From positions 396,459 to 460,458 of the forward strand of contig NIVC01000903.1 of the NCBI GenBank assembly GCA_002269645.1: a DNA stretch of 64,000 nt, read 5' to 3'. This DNA is from Macrostomum lignano. Lineage: Eukaryota. A model generated the notes under the pieces. That model did not search any database and was not told the origin of the DNA. It saw only the letters and a list, made by a program, of their open reading frames with translations. Positions 36,801 to 49,880 of the stretch are shown piece by piece; the first letter of the stretch is position 1, and each line of letters starts with the position of its first letter. A program made the position numbers and the translations under genes.

Positions 36801-39800
36801 AAGCACATTCGCTGCTAAAACGACCGAATAGGCGCGCACCAGTTTCACGTAGCCCTGATTATCCAGCAGCAGATTCTCCGGCTTGAGGTCCCGGAAGATG
36901 ATGCCTCGGTCGTGCAGGTGCTGGAATGCCTCCAATACGCAGGCGACAACAAAGCGGGACGTGCTCTCGTCGAAATTGCCGCTGAAAAGTTTTGAGAGTT
37001 CGATTTTCAGGATGCAAATGTACCGATTGCGCAATTATATATATATAGCTGGATAATTGCTCAGCGACCAGCGACTCACACATTGCGCAACACGGTCCAG
37101 ACTTCGCCGCCCAGGCAGACCTCCATCAGCATGTACACAAACTTGGCGTCCCTGAAGGTCTTGTAGAGTCTGAAATGATTGATTGATTCCGTTGTGCAGA
37201 GTCGAAGCCTCTTAGAATGAATAGGTTCTTAAATAGCAAGCAAACTAAACTAAACATTTTCCTTCCATCCTACTATTAGTAAAAATGCAAGAAAACAGCA
37301 GTTAATTTAATATCAATATCAATAGCAGACTATGCACATTTAAAATCTGTCTTACCTGCAGATAAAATTGGATCTGGCATTAAACAGGATAGTCCTCTCG
37401 GAGAGGATGTGCTCCTGCTGTTTTGTGCGCACAATGTGCTGCTTTTTCAGGCACTTCAAAGCGAACGTGAACTCCGGATTCTTCTTCCAGGACACCTGTT
37501 GGCAGAGGGTGGGAAAACAGCGCCAGATATTATAATTTAAATAATCTAGCGGAAAACTACTAGTAGTAGGCAGAATGCACATTCTCGCATGTCGGCGTCA
37601 AACCGATTATTCGTGTGTGATGATGAATAATAATATTATCACAGCGGGCAGCCTGGTGCAACGCCTTCGGCGACATCGTCCCACAACCAGCGCTGAGGCA
37701 ATTCTGCCCGATCACACAGGGTGTACATCGGCCCTGACTTTCTAATCGTCAGGCATGTACACTCTCTCATGGCTTTAAATCGCACGACAAGACACTGAAG
37801 GGGAATCGGGAAGGGTATTCAGAGACTGGAGGGGAATCGGGAAGGGTATTCAGACTGGGGGGAATCGGGAAGGGTATTCAGACTGGAGGGGAATCGGGAA
37901 GGGTATTCAGAGACTGGAGGGGAATCGAGAAGGGTATTCAGAGACTGGAGGGGAATCGGGAAGGGTATTCAGAGACTGGAGGGGAATCGGGAAGGGTATT
38001 CAGAGACTGGAGGGGAATCGGGAAGGGTATTCAGACTGGGGGGAATCGGGGAAGGGTATTCAGAGACTGGAGGGGAATCGAGAAGGGTATTCAGAGACTG
38101 GAGGGGAATCGAGAAGGGTATTCAGAGACTGGAGGGGAATCGGGAAGGGTATTCAGACTGGGGGGGAATCGGGGAAGGGTATTCAGACTGGAGGGGAATC
38201 AGGAAGGATATTCAGAGACTGGAGGGGAATCGGGGAAGGGTATTCAGAGACAGTCAAGTGGAAATGAAGGGTAGCTCACCAGCTCAACCCGGCCGAAGCC
38301 GCCAATGCCCAGCGTGCACTCCATCACCAGGTCGCTCAGTTCGATCTTGCTGAAAGCTTCATTCACAGCCGGCATTTGCTTTGTTGGCGTCACGCTGTGG
38401 AGCAGTGGAGCAAGAGGGAAGGCGTTAAACATTATTTTTGTTCTCATGCTTGACCTCCTCACCTCCTCACATCCTCACTCAGCCACACCATCACTCAATC
38501 ACACCGTCACTCAGTTACACCGTCACTCAGTTACACCGTCACTCAGTCATGCCGTCACTCAGTCACACCGTCACTCAGTCACACCGTCACTCAGTCATGC
38601 CGTCACTCAGTCACACCGTCACTCAGTCACACCGTCACTCAGCCACACCATCACTCAGTCACACCGTCACTCAGTCACACTGTCACTCAGTCACACCGTC
38701 ACTCAGTCACACCGTCACTCAGTCACACCGTCACTCAGTTACACCGTCACTCAGTTACACCGTCACTCAGTCACACCGTCACTCAGCCACACCATCACTC
38801 AATCACACCGTCACTCAGTCACACCGTCACTCAGTTACACCGTCACTCAGTCACACCGTCACTCAGTCATGCCGTCACTCAGTCACACCGTCACTCAGTT
38901 ACACCGTCACTCAGTCACACCGTCACTCAGTCATGCCGTCACTCAGTCACACCGTCACTCAGTCACACCGTCACTCAGTCACACCGTCACTCAGTCACAC
39001 CGTCACTCAGTCATGCCGTCACTCAGTCACACCGTCACTCAGTCATGCCGTCACTCAGTCACACCGTCACTCAGTTACACCGTCACTCAGTCACACCGTC
39101 ACTCAGTCACACCGTCACTCAGTCACACCGTCACTCAGTCACACCGTCACTCAGTCACACCGTCACTCAGTCACACCGTCACTCAGTCACACCGTCACTC
39201 AGTCACACCGTCACTCAGTCACACCGTCACTCAGTCACACCGTCACTCAGTCACACCGTCACTCAGTCACACCGTCACTCAGTCACACCGTCACTCAGTC
39301 ACACCGTCACTCAGTCACACCGTCACTCAGTCACACCGTCACTCAGTCACACCGTCACTCAGTCACACCGTCACTCAGTCACAACTGCTCCAACCTGCAG
39401 CTGCTGCTCTGCCGGTCCTCTGGCGCCAGCCGGTTGCCAACAGCCCCGGCAACGCCCTGCCGGTCCTCTTCGGCCGCCTTCTGCTTGAACTCAGTGAGGT
39501 CGCCGATCAGGTGGATGAACGAGCTGATCGAAGGCGGGGTAGGGTTTGAGTTTAGGTGTTCAGCCCTACTGAGCAATCTCTATAGTCGAATCCCGCAACT
39601 GCAAAAACAATTTTGCTCAGACTCACATTCGATCCAGAGTGAGCACGTGGACTCTGGTCTCGGCGATGCAGCTGGCCGTTCTGCGCTCCTCTCTGCAGCG
39701 TTTCGACAGCGTGGGGGGGATTCGTCAGATCGGCAATCGGAGAAACTAACTGGAGTCACGGACCCCCTTCTACCCCAACTCCTCAACTTACTGCAGCAGC

Positions 39801-42800
39801 GCTCGCTCGCCGAAGCAGTCTCCGGCCTGGAGTGTGCGGATCAGCTGCGAGCTGCCCTGCACTCGGCGGGTGACGCAAACCTGTGGATTGCGGGGTGGAT
39901 TGCTAGACTAGTCAATACGGGCGATTTGGGAAATAGAATGGATTGCTAGACTAGTCAATACGGGCGATTTGGGAAATAGAATGGATTGCTAGACTAGTCA
40001 ATACGGGCGATTTGGGAAATAGAATGGATTGCTAGACTAGTCAATACGGGCGATTTGGGAAATAGAATGGATTGCTAGACTAGTCAATACGGGCGATTTG
40101 GAAAATAGAATGGATTGCTAGACTAGTCAATACGGGCGATTGGGGAATAGAATGGATTGCTAGACTAGTCAACATGGCTGGGCAATTGGGGAATAGAATG
40201 GATTGCTAGACTAGCCAACCTGGCCGGGCGATTGGGGAATAGAATGGATTGCTAGACTAGCCAACATGGCTGGGCGATTGGGGAATAGAATGGATTGCTA
40301 GACTAGCCAACATGGCTGGGCAATTGGGGAATAAAATGGATTGCTAGACTAGTCAATAAGTACAAAGGATGCCGGCGCCCCATCAGCTCACGGTTCCCTC
40401 TTTAATTATGAAGAAGGTGCTGCCATGTTCGCCCTCGCGAACAATGTAAGTTTCCGGGTCGAACGAGTCCTGCAACGGAGGGGACGGTGAGATGCACTCT
40501 ACATTTCACACTAAATATAGAACACTGAATTTCAGCAACAGGACGCACCTCCTCAATGGCGTCAGCTATCCTGCTCAACTTGGAGAGCGGCAGATCTTTT
40601 AGAAGCGGGACGCTGAAAAACAAATTCAAATGAAATTGGTCGCTTGCATTGCTTTTGCTTCACTGATTGCCTGTTTGAGGGTAGATACCAGCCTAGTGAC
40701 TGACCGTGAGGGTAGATATCAGCCTAGTGACTGACCGTGAGGGTAGATATCAGCCTAGTGACTGACCGTGAGGGTAGATATCAGCCTATAGTGATTGACT
40801 GTGAGGGTAGATATCAGCCTATAGTGATTGACTGTGAGGGTAGATATCAGCCTATAGTGATTGACTGTGAGGGTAGATATCAGCCTATAGTGATTGACTG
40901 TGAGGGTAGATATCAGCCTATAGTGATTGACTGTGAGGGTAGATATCAGCCTATAGTGATTGACTGTGAGGGTAGATATCAGCCTATAGTGATTGACTGT
41001 GAGGGTAGATATCAGCAAAGGTGATAAAGGACGCACCTGCTCAAGAAGGCCACATAGCCGCTCTGCTTCTCCAAGCCTGACTTCATCATGATGGCCTGGA
41101 ACACCGTCCTATCCAGGCACCACAGCTTGGCCGAGGTCACCGCTGCAATTTTTATCAAATAGATGGTTGCGCCACTAATTAGCTATTCGTTTTTCTCGCT
41201 AGACTACTAACTGGGGAGGTCAGTAGTCTACTGAGAACGTAAAGCGTATAGCTTCATAAAATTTATTTTCGATAACCTGAGGTTGAATAAATTTCTGATT
41301 TATTTTAGCAAACTAAATCAAACAAAAATAAACTCTCACAGTCTCCAAGTATTTTGCTGTCTAACTAAATTTGCCCAACTTTAATTGGATCTACTCGTAG
41401 TATGAGTTCGTGCCGTTTTAATTGAACTCTTCTTTCTCCACTAATCAGCTTTCTCAGCGCTCAGCTTTCTGAGTTTCGTGTTCATTCTGCTCTCTGCTTT
41501 TGGGTTTTTTTCTGCGCCAGACTGTCACACTTGGTACTGCATCAGCTTTCGGAGAAGCCTTGCTCCAGCATCAGTCAGCCCTGCTCACCCCTGACCGAGG
41601 CAGTGCGGGTGCAGTTGTACAGAAGCGCCAGCTCTCCGAATGCCACGCCGCGGCGGACGCTGCCGAGACTCCGGTTCTCCTGGGTCACCTCAAGCTCGCC
41701 CTCTGCGGGTGAGGGTGGTTGGGTATCTAGGGTGCGGGTATCTGTGGTGCGGGTATCTGTGGTGCGGGTATCTGTGGTGCGGGTATCTGTGGTGCGGGTA
41801 TCTGTGGTGCGGGTATCTGTGGTGCGGGTATCTGTGGTGCGGGTATCTGTGGTGCGGGTATCTGTGGTGTGGGTATCTGGGTGCGGGTATCTGTGGTGCG
41901 GGTATCTGTGGTGCGGGTATCTGTGGTGCGGGTATCTGTGGTGTGGGTATCTGTGGTGCGGGTATCTGTGGTGTGGGTATCTGGGGTGCGGGTATCTTGG
42001 GTGTGGGTATCTGGGTTGCGGGTATCTGGGTTGCGGGTATCTGTGGTGTGGGTATCTAGGGTGCGGGTATCTGGGGTGCGGGTATCTGTTGTGCGGGTAT
42101 CTGTTGTGCGGGTATCTGGGTTGCGGGTATCTGTGGTGCGGGTATCTGTGGTGTGGGTATCTAGGGTGCGGGTATCTGGGGTGCGGGTATCTGTTGTGCG
42201 GGTATCTGTGGTGTGGGTATCTGGGTTGCGGGTATCTGTGGTGCGGGTATCTGTGGTGTGGGTATCTGGGGTGCGGGTATCTGGGGTGCGGGTATCTGGG
42301 GTTCGGGTATCTGGGGTTCGGGTATCTAGGGTTCGGGTATCTAGGGTTCGGGTATCTGTGGAGTCTGTACAATGGCTGCGAATTCTAGACGGGCTGAACC
42401 TACCAGAACAAACGTACAAATGTTGACCGGCTTCGCCCTGTCTGATCACGTGACATCCGGGTGGCACAGTCCTGGAGTACATGCAGGCCACAAGCTGTTC
42501 GACCTGCTCGGGCTCCATGCGCTGCAGCAGTTGATTGTTGTTGATGGCATCACGAATCAGAGCCTTGGACCTGGCGGCAAAATGTGCATAGCAGGGTGCT
42601 ATTGAGTGATTGAGTAATGAGTGACTGAGTAATGAGTGATTGAGTAATGAGTGATTGAGTATTGAGTGATTGAGTAATGAGTGATTGAGTAATGAGTGAT
42701 TGAGTAATGAGTGATTGAGTAATGAGTGATTGAGTAATGAGTGATTGAGTAATGAGTGATTGATTAATGAGTGATTGAGTAATGAGTGATTGATTAATGA

Positions 42801-44400
42801 GTGATTGAGTGATGAGTGATTGAGTAATAAGTGATTGAGTAATGAGTGATTGAGTAATGAGTGATTGAGTAATGAGTGATTGAGTAATGAGTGATTGAGT
42901 AATGAGTGATTGAGTAATGAGTGATTGAGTAATGAGTGATTGAGTAATGAGTGATTGAGTAATGAGTGATTGAGTAATGAGTGATTGAGTAATGAGTGAT
43001 TGAGTAATGAGTGATTGAGTAATGAGTGATTGAGTAATGAGTGATTGAGTAATGAGTGATTGAGTAATGAGTTGTTATCGAAAACTAAAAACTATATTAG
43101 ATGGTCTGGTAGCGAATCGGTATGCGATAGATGTTTACGAGCCCTTAGTAAGATCACCATAGATAGATAGGCTGATAGGTAGATTGTTATATATGAAATT
43201 TTTTTTCATTTAGCAGATTAGGCAGATAGACCGGTAGATAGACTGTAGATAGACAGGTAGACAGGTAGTAGATGTTTGAGGCAGCAAGTCGAGCTGACTG
43301 CACGCACAGTACCGTATTGTGATGTAGAAAAGCAGAGGCGAGACAAATAAAAGGAAAAGTAGCAGACGGGGCAAATAGGAGAAAAGTCCCAACAGAATTC
43401 CAACGCAGTGAGAAAAGCTTCGAGCAGACACCTCAGTCTCCGCAGTTGCTACAAGCTGCCGGCCACCCTTCCGGCCCCACGCCATCAGCCCAAACTACAA
43501 CCCCCCGCCGCGTCAGTTGGAGCAGCAGCAAAGCAAGAAATATGATTATGAGGACGAAAGAAATGAGGGCCGTTGACCATTTTTCAGTCCTTGTTGCTAG
43601 GCCAAGCTGATGCCCGAACTTTCTGATCGGTTCTATAGAGGGGGGCATCTGTCACCAAGGGCTGTAGTATCAAGGAATTTAGCACCAGGGGCTGTAGCAC
43701 CAGGGGCTTTAGTACCAGGGGCTTTAGCACCAGGGGCTTAGTACCAGGGGCTTTAGTACCAGGGACTTTAGCACCAGGGGCTTAGTACCAGGGGCTTTAG
43801 TACCAGGGGCTTTAGCACCAGGGGCTTTAGCACCAGGGACTTTAGCACCAGGGGCTTTAGCACCAGGGGCTTTAGTACCAGGGGCTTTAGTACCAGGGGC
43901 TTTAGTACCAGGGGCTTTAGCACCAGGGACTTTAGCACCAGGGTCTTTAGCACCAGGGACTTTAGCACCAGGGGCTTTAGTACCAGGGGCTTTAGCACCA
44001 GGGACTTTAGCACCAGGGGCTTTAGCACCAGGGACTTTAGCACCAGGGGCTTTAGTACCAGGGGCTTTAGCACCAGGGACTTTAGCACCAGGGGCTGTAG
44101 TACCAGGGGCTTTAGCACCAGGGGCTTTAGTACCAGGGACTTTAGTACCAGAGGCTTCAGCACCAGGGCTTTAATACCAGGAACACCAACTGTCAACTGG
44201 TCTTTCAGCCTTGGTCTTGGGCACAACAGCTTACAGCTTTGTCATAAGCAGCCCAATTCTTTGCCATAATAAAGATGCTTATAGCTCATATTTTCCGTTA
44301 TAGATAGCAATATTATCAGATAGAACTAGAATATTTGTTTTTCTGTCTGTCTGCAACAAAGAGAAATCACGCCTTGCTGCGACAGCGTTTCTTTATCGCT

Positions 44401-44465
<65 letters not shown>

Positions 44466-47400
44466 CCGCATCTCCATATCCCCCAGTCTGCCTCCGCAAC
44501 TCACACCTCTGCCTTCCCTCACTAACGGCCGCCGGTCAATCGCCCCCAATGCCATACCATTTGCTCTTGTCGCCGAGGTGCAGGAAAAGCCGGGGGGTGG
44601 GGTTGGCAAGCCGCAGTTAGAAGAAATCGATTGCATTGTGGCGGAGGTTGTGTGAACGGAGAGAGAGAGAGAAGCAGAAGAGAGAGACTGAGCTCTCTAA
44701 TATGCCTTAAACTTCTCCCAGACCAGTTAAACCTGTTGCCAGGTGGGGCAGGCTGCGGGGGCGACGGGAGATCCCAGGGTTTTGGTTGTTGCGAGAGGAT
44801 CGGGAGAATCAAACATTTATTATTGGGGGCAGAGTGGCCGAGCTTGGTCGAGAGTTTGAGACTTTGGAAGAAGTTGAGAAAGAGAAATATGAGCTTTAGG
44901 CACGGAGAGCCTCCTGCTGGGCAGGTGAGGTTCAAGGGGGGAGTAGAGTGAGGCAGCGAGGGAAGTAGTAGTAGAGGGAGGCAGGTTAGGGTAGAGGGAG
45001 GCAGGTTAGGGGTAGAGGGAAGCAGGTTAGGGGTAGAGGGAGGCAGGTTAGGGGTAGAGGGAGGCAGGTTAGAGGTGAAGGGAGGCAGGTTAGGGGTAGA
45101 GGGAGGCAGGTTAGGGGAGAGGGAGGCAGGTTAGGGGTAGAGGGAGGCAGGTTAGGGGTAGAGGGAGGCAGGTTAGGGGAGAGGGAGGCAGGTTAGGGTA
45201 GAGGGAGGCAGGTTAGGGTAGAGGGAGGCAGGTTAGGGGAGAGGGAGGCAGGTTAGGGTAGAGGGAGGCAGGTTAGGGTAGAGGGAGGCAGGTTAGGGGT
45301 AGAGGGAGGCAGGTTAGAGGTGAAGGGAGGCAGATTAGGGGTAGAGAGTGCTGTGTAGAGAGGAGGGAAAACGGCAGTCAGTCAGGACATGCAGAGTTGG
45401 AGCAGTAAATTAGGGTTGTGAAGTTCTCCAATGACAAATACGAGTGAATGAAGGCAGGCTGGCATGCAGCATCCGAGAGCAGGATAAACAGTGCTCAGTG
45501 TGTAACTGCACTGCCAGGCCTAAAAGTTGCCAATAGAATGGAACAGAGAATAAGCATTGTAGACATTCTAATAATGGGAAAGACCGCGGAAGAGGGGAGC
45601 AGAGGACTCATTATCAGGCATCAGTTCTCCATAAGCTGTCGTGTTATAACAGCAACAGGAAGCGCTTAAGGTTTGCAGAGCGTTGAAAGCAGCGGCTGTG
45701 CCTTTAGCCGCGACAAGAGTTGCCTCACGTCAGAGAGCAGTCAGTAGGTTCGCAATCAGCCAGTTCATCTCACTGCACGCCTCTCTTTCTAAGCGGCTCA
45801 GAAATCCCATAGGTATTATTCCCCAGGGCCTCCAACCTCCTTCTCAACCAATTCTTGTCTCCAAGTTGGGTCGCTCAGTCAGACTTGCCGTAAATGGAAG
45901 CGGAGGGCGGGAGAAGGTTGCATGCTCTCTCAGCAGCAAGGGGAGGTGGGTGGGTGGAGGAAAATGTATTCTACCCAACCCCATCCCCAATATCAACGCA
46001 GCTGCGCCTCTCGGCTCGGGGCCTCTCGCACTTCTCTTAGCCAGCGCACCGCATATGGAAATTGGAAAGCAAAACCAAACGGCGTCAATCTCGCTTTCTT
46101 GTTCTCGCCTTTGACGGCCGGAAAGGTTAAGTGCGGCAATAACTGCCCAGTCATTTGCGCAGAAGGCTTTGAACATTGAAATATAGAAGTAATGCATTGT
46201 GAGTGCCTAAAGATATAGCTCATTGCTTCTCCCCTGCGATTCAATAGTCTGAATTCAGCAGGCAGGGCTCAGTCACACCCAGCAGACTCAGCAGGCAGGG
46301 CTCAGTCACACCCAGCAGACTCAGCAGGCAGGGCTCAGTCACACCCAGCAGACTCAGCAGGTAGGGCTCAGTCACACCCAGCAGATTCAGCAGGCAGGGC
46401 TCAGTCACACCCAGCAGACTCAGCAGGTAGGGCTCAGTCACACCCAGCAGATTCAGCAGGCAGGGCTCAGTCACACCCAGCAGATTCAGCAGGCAGGGCT
46501 CAGTCACACCCAGCAGCAGACTCAGCAGGCAGGGCTCAGTCACACCCAGCAGACTCAGCAGGCAGGGCTCAGTCACACCCAGCAGACTCAGCAGGCAGGG
46601 CTCAGTCACACCCAGCAGACTCAGCAGGCAGGGCTCAGTCACACCCAGCAGACTCAGCAGGCAGGGCTCAGTCACACCCAGCAGACTCAGCAGGCAGGGC
46701 TCAGTCACACCCAGCAGACTCAGCAGGCAGGGCTCAGTCACACCCAGCAGACTCAGCAGGCAGGGCTCAGTCACACCCAGCAGACTCAGCAGGCAGGGCT
46801 CAGTCACACCCAGCAGACTCAGCAGGCAGGGCTCAGTCACACCCAACAGACTCAGCAGGCAGGGCTCAGTCACACCCAACAGACTCAGCAGGCAGGGCTC
46901 AGTCACACCCAACAGACTCAGCAGGCAGGGCTCAGTCACACCCAACAGACTCAGCAGGCAGGGCTCAGTCACACCCAACAGACTCAGCAGGCAGGGCTCA
47001 GTCACACCCAACAGACTCAGCAGGCAGGGCTCAGTCACACCCAACAGACTCAGCAGGCAGGGCTCAGTCACACCCAACAGACTCAGCAGGCAGGGCTCAG
47101 TCACACCCAACAGACTCAGCAGGCAGGGCTCAGTCACACCCAACAGACTCAGCAGGCAGGGCTCAGTCACACCCAACAGACTCAGCAGGCAGGGCTCAGT
47201 CACACCCAACAGACTCAGCAGGCAGGGCTCAGTCACACCCAACAGACTCAGCAGGCAGGGCTCAGTCACACCCAACAGACTCAGCAGGCAGGGCTCAGTC
47301 ACACCCAGCAGACTCAGCAGGCAGGGCTCAGTCACACCCAACACTGCCACGTTGCTCCCATTTCGATCGGGCACACTTCCGCTCCATGACTTGCTGTCCT

Positions 47401-47545
47401 CTCTTCTCTGCTTTTCTGTCTCCTCCGCTCCGATGCCAACCCAGCAGCCCAGGGCCCTGCTATGCCAAGCGCTCCCCCGCCCTTTGCTTCTTCCAACTTC
47501 CTGCAAAGAGAAAGACACACAGACACACGCAGCTCTGCCTCACTG

Positions 47546-47599
<54 letters not shown>

Positions 47600-49101
47600 A
47601 CTAGCGCGCTGCATCTGTCATATGGCTCAGCTTCCGTCATCATAGCCCACTTCGGTCCAACTCCGCTCTGCATCCCAAAAAATCTCAAATCTCGCCCAAC
47701 AAGACAGGGCAGCCAGCCGCCTCCCTCTGCAAGCTCTTCGGGATAACAGAATAAAGATGATGAAGAGAGTTGGAGCCTGACAGGAGTCAGGGAAGAAATG
47801 CAAATTTCTACAATAATGCATCGGACATCCACAAGGCATCGTCAGGCCAGTAAGAAATCAATGCCGGCTGTCGAAATATTGGCCAAATATCAGATGGTAT
47901 TGGAAGTGGTGGAAGCTGTATCCAAGGGAGAAAATAAGGTGCTGCGTGAGGAGGGGATTAAGGCGGGGTGGGGATTTTATAATGATACAGAATCCCGGAT
48001 CCGTAAAAAAGGGAGACGAGAATGGGTTTGGGGGTTCAGTCAGCCCTGGGAGCTAGCTTTTCTCGAGGAAGCGAGGAAAGGGTAGAATTAAAGTAGAGAA
48101 AGCTGCAGTGGATCATTGTCCACCCCTCCCTACTGCGCTATCATCACTCCCTGTGGCTTGCCTACACAGCTTACATTCGCTTAATATTTGGGCAGCTGCG
48201 AACGGGCCATTCGTGACTCGAATCCTCACTGGGGGTGCAGCTGATGCCAGCGGCTTAGGGGGGGGGGCGCCCAGAGAAAAAGCTTATCCTGGATTGCTGC
48301 TTCAGTGCTATTGGCGAGACTTCACTTTTGATGCATTGGTGTGGGATTAAATCTGGCTGAACCCCGGGCAAGGACGCTAATTCGCTCGCGACTGCGGCAA
48401 GAGGTGAGGAGGGAGGAGGAGATGAGAGGAGAGGAGATGAGAGGAGAGGGGATAAAAGGAGAGGAGAGGAGAGGAGAGGAGATGAGACGAGAGAAGAGGA
48501 GAGGAGAGGAGAGGAGATGATATGAGATGAGATGAGATGAGATGAGATGAGATGAGATGAGATGAGATGAGATGAGATGAGATGAGATGAGATGAGATGA
48601 GATGAGATGAGATGAGATGAGAGGAACAAAGAGGAGAGGAAAGAGATCAAGGTACAAATCGAAAGAAAAATCCAGTCGGGTATCGCAGGTTCCGCCAGCG
48701 ACATCCCGAAGGCGCCCGGAAGCGCCCGGAGGCGCAGCCACTCACTTGTCGTCTTTCTCGTGCTGCGTGAGCTCGATGCCTCCGAGCTGTGAGTCCAGCG
48801 ACTCGCCCGACACGCCCTGCCGTTTCAGCCGCTCCCGCGGGTTCGTGCCCGGGCCCGCCTTGGCCGCCGGCGCCCGGGGCCCGCCGTGGCCTCCATGCAG
48901 AGCTTCGGCAACGTCGCTGCCGACAGCCAAGTCCAGGGCGGAGCGCAGCCGCGCGATCTCCAGCCGGAGCACCGAGATCTCCGTTCGCTGGATCTCCACC
49001 AGCTGTCGAAGCTCCTCGTTTGACGCCTGGGCGTCCCGCAGTCGATCGGCCTGGCGCTGGCACTCCAGCTTCAGCCGCGAGGCCGCATGCTGGCTGTCCA
49101 T
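32807..49101 (-). CDS. PRKG1: cGMP-dependent protein kinase (PKG; PRKG1/egl-4/foraging family). 16 exons: 49101-48746, 42570-42404, 41702-41589, 41142-41037, 40612-40549, 40469-40392, 39880-39792, 39692-39627, 39523-39395, 38394-38280, 37495-37356, 37169-37080, 36981-36840, 35909-35746, 33735-33483, 32902-32807
   Basis: N-terminal leucine zipper and autoinhibitory [15 protein letters not shown] ([16 protein letters not shown]) and CNB-B ([16 protein letters not shown]). Kinase motifs [37 protein letters not shown]-terminus [12 protein letters not shown]. All 15 introns are GT-AG with matching phases. The true start may lie further upstream. Confidence 0.96.
32980..33410. repeat. PKG last-intron minisatellite, ~24-bp unit (GGAGTGAGGTGGGTGTTCAGGAAC)
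   Basis: Direct tandem copies. Confidence 0.93.
33818..35695. repeat. (GT)n microsatellite followed by a minisatellite of alternating 16-bp subunits (GGAGTGTCGATATGAT / GGAGTGTCGGTGTTAT; ~32-bp dimer)
   Basis: Fills most of a 2.0-kb PKG intron. Confidence 0.97.
35985..36730. repeat. PKG intronic minisatellite, 12-bp unit (CAGAATCCACCT)
   Basis: Direct tandem copies, degenerate. Confidence 0.95.
37712..37770 (+). repeat. Short hairpin module shared with 58137-58195 (inverted)
   Basis: CACACAGGGTGTACATCGGCCCTGACTTTCTAATCGTCAGGCATGTACACTCTCT is the reverse complement of sequence at ~58140-58195. Confidence 0.75.
37797..38250. repeat. PKG intronic minisatellite, 29-31-bp unit (GAGGGGAATCGGGAAGGGTATTCAGAGACTG)
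   Basis: Direct tandem copies; G-run rich. Confidence 0.95.
38480..39382. repeat. PKG intronic minisatellite, 16-bp unit (AGTCACACCGTCACTC)
   Basis: About 56 copies, starting ~12 nt from the donor at 39394. Confidence 0.97.
39897..40355. repeat. PKG intronic minisatellite, 43-bp unit (TGCTAGACTAGTCAATACGGGCGATTTGGGAAATAGAATGGAT)
   Basis: About 10 copies. Confidence 0.95.
40680..41015. repeat. PKG intronic minisatellite, 31-33-bp unit (GAGGGTAGATATCAGCCTATAGTGATTGACTGT)
   Basis: About 10 copies. Confidence 0.95.
41720..42360. repeat. PKG intronic minisatellite, 15-bp unit (GCGGGTATCTGTGGT)
   Basis: About 42 copies, filling a 701-nt intron. Confidence 0.97.
42600..43072. repeat. Minisatellite, 15-bp unit (GAGTGATTGAGTAAT)
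   Basis: About 31 copies next to the acceptor at 42571. Confidence 0.97.
43665..44180. repeat. Minisatellite, 15-bp unit (AGCACCAGGGGCTTT)
   Basis: About 34 copies; source of the LVLKP pseudo-ORF. Confidence 0.96.
44403..44463. repeat. (GA)n microsatellite
   Basis: Perfect dinucleotide run. Confidence 0.97.
44975..45345. repeat. Minisatellite, ~21-bp unit (GTAGAGGGAGGCAGGTTAGGG)
   Basis: About 17 copies; G-rich, contains TTAGGG. Confidence 0.95.
46252..47342. repeat. Minisatellite, 33-bp unit (CAGCAGGCAGGGCTCAGTCACACCCAGCAGACT)
   Basis: About 33 highly homogeneous copies. Confidence 0.97.
47548..47600. repeat. (CT)n microsatellite
   Basis: Perfect dinucleotide run. Confidence 0.95.
48415..48625. 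repeat. (GAGAG)n/(GAGAT)n pentanucleotide microsatellite
   Basis: Direct read. Confidence 0.95.
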
Positions 49102-49249
49102 CGAGGAGCCGCTGCTAGAGGCGCCGGCGGCTCGCGGGAGGCGGCGGGCGCTGCCTGACCCTCCGCCACTGGCGACCCTGAAGCCGCAGCCGCCGGCTGT
49201 GCACCGGTGGCTGGCATCCTTTGCCTGCGGGTTGGGAAGGTGTGAATGA

Positions 49250-49880
49250 CTGGATGCTGAGTGATGTTCTGGGATGCTGAGTGATGTTCTGGGATGCTGA
49301 GTGATGTTCTGGGATGCTGAGTGATGTTCTGGGATGCTGAGTGATGTTCTGGGATGCTGAGTGATGTTCTGGGATGCTGAGTGATGTTCTGGGATGCTGA
49401 GTGATGTTCTGGGATGCTGAGTGATGTTCTGGGATGCTGAGTGATGTTCTGGGATGCTGAGTGATGTTCTGGGATGCTGAGTGATGTTCTGGGATGCTGA
49501 GTGATGTTCTGGGATGCTGAGTGATGTTCTGGGATGCTGAGTGATGTTCTGGGATGCTGAGTGATGTTCTGGGATGCTGAGTGTGGATTCGGGATGCTGA
49601 ATGGTCAGGATTCGGGATGCTGAGTGAGGATTCGGAATGCTGAGTGAGGTTTCGGGATGCTGAGTGGTCAGGATTCGGGATGCTGAGTGAGGATTCGGGA
49701 TGCTGAGTGAGGATTCGGGATGCTGAGTGAGGTTTCGGGATGCTGAGTGAGGTTTCGGGATGCTGAGTGGTCAGGATTCGGGATGCTGAGTGAGGATTCG
49801 GGATGCTGAGTGAGGATTCGGGATGCTGAGTGGTCAGGATTCGGGATGCTGAGTGAGGATTCGGGATGCTGAGTGAGTAA
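49250..49880. repeat. Minisatellite, 20-bp unit (GGGATGCTGAGTGATGTTCT) switching to GGATTCGGGATGCTGAGTGA variants
   Basis: Direct tandem copies just upstream of the first coding PKG exon. Confidence 0.96.

Noticed and set aside
38305-39949. 414-aa and 503-aa His/Ser-rich ORFs
   Set aside because: Antisense translations of the 16-bp intronic repeat.
41531-42518. RYP/DTR/CGYL/VRVS repeat ORFs
   Set aside because: The 15-bp intronic minisatellite is open in several frames; the real PKG exons flank it.
43433-44935. Alternative PKG first coding exons (71-aa hydrophobic ORF, 137-aa ORF)
   Set aside because: The donor tested near 44525 gives a stop (TA|G) or the wrong phase when joined to 42570; no suitable donor or PKG-like motif was identified for the 43433 ORF.
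46241-47518. 425-aa LLGVTEPC repeat ORF
   Set aside because: Translation of the 33-bp minisatellite with no unique domain or splice support.
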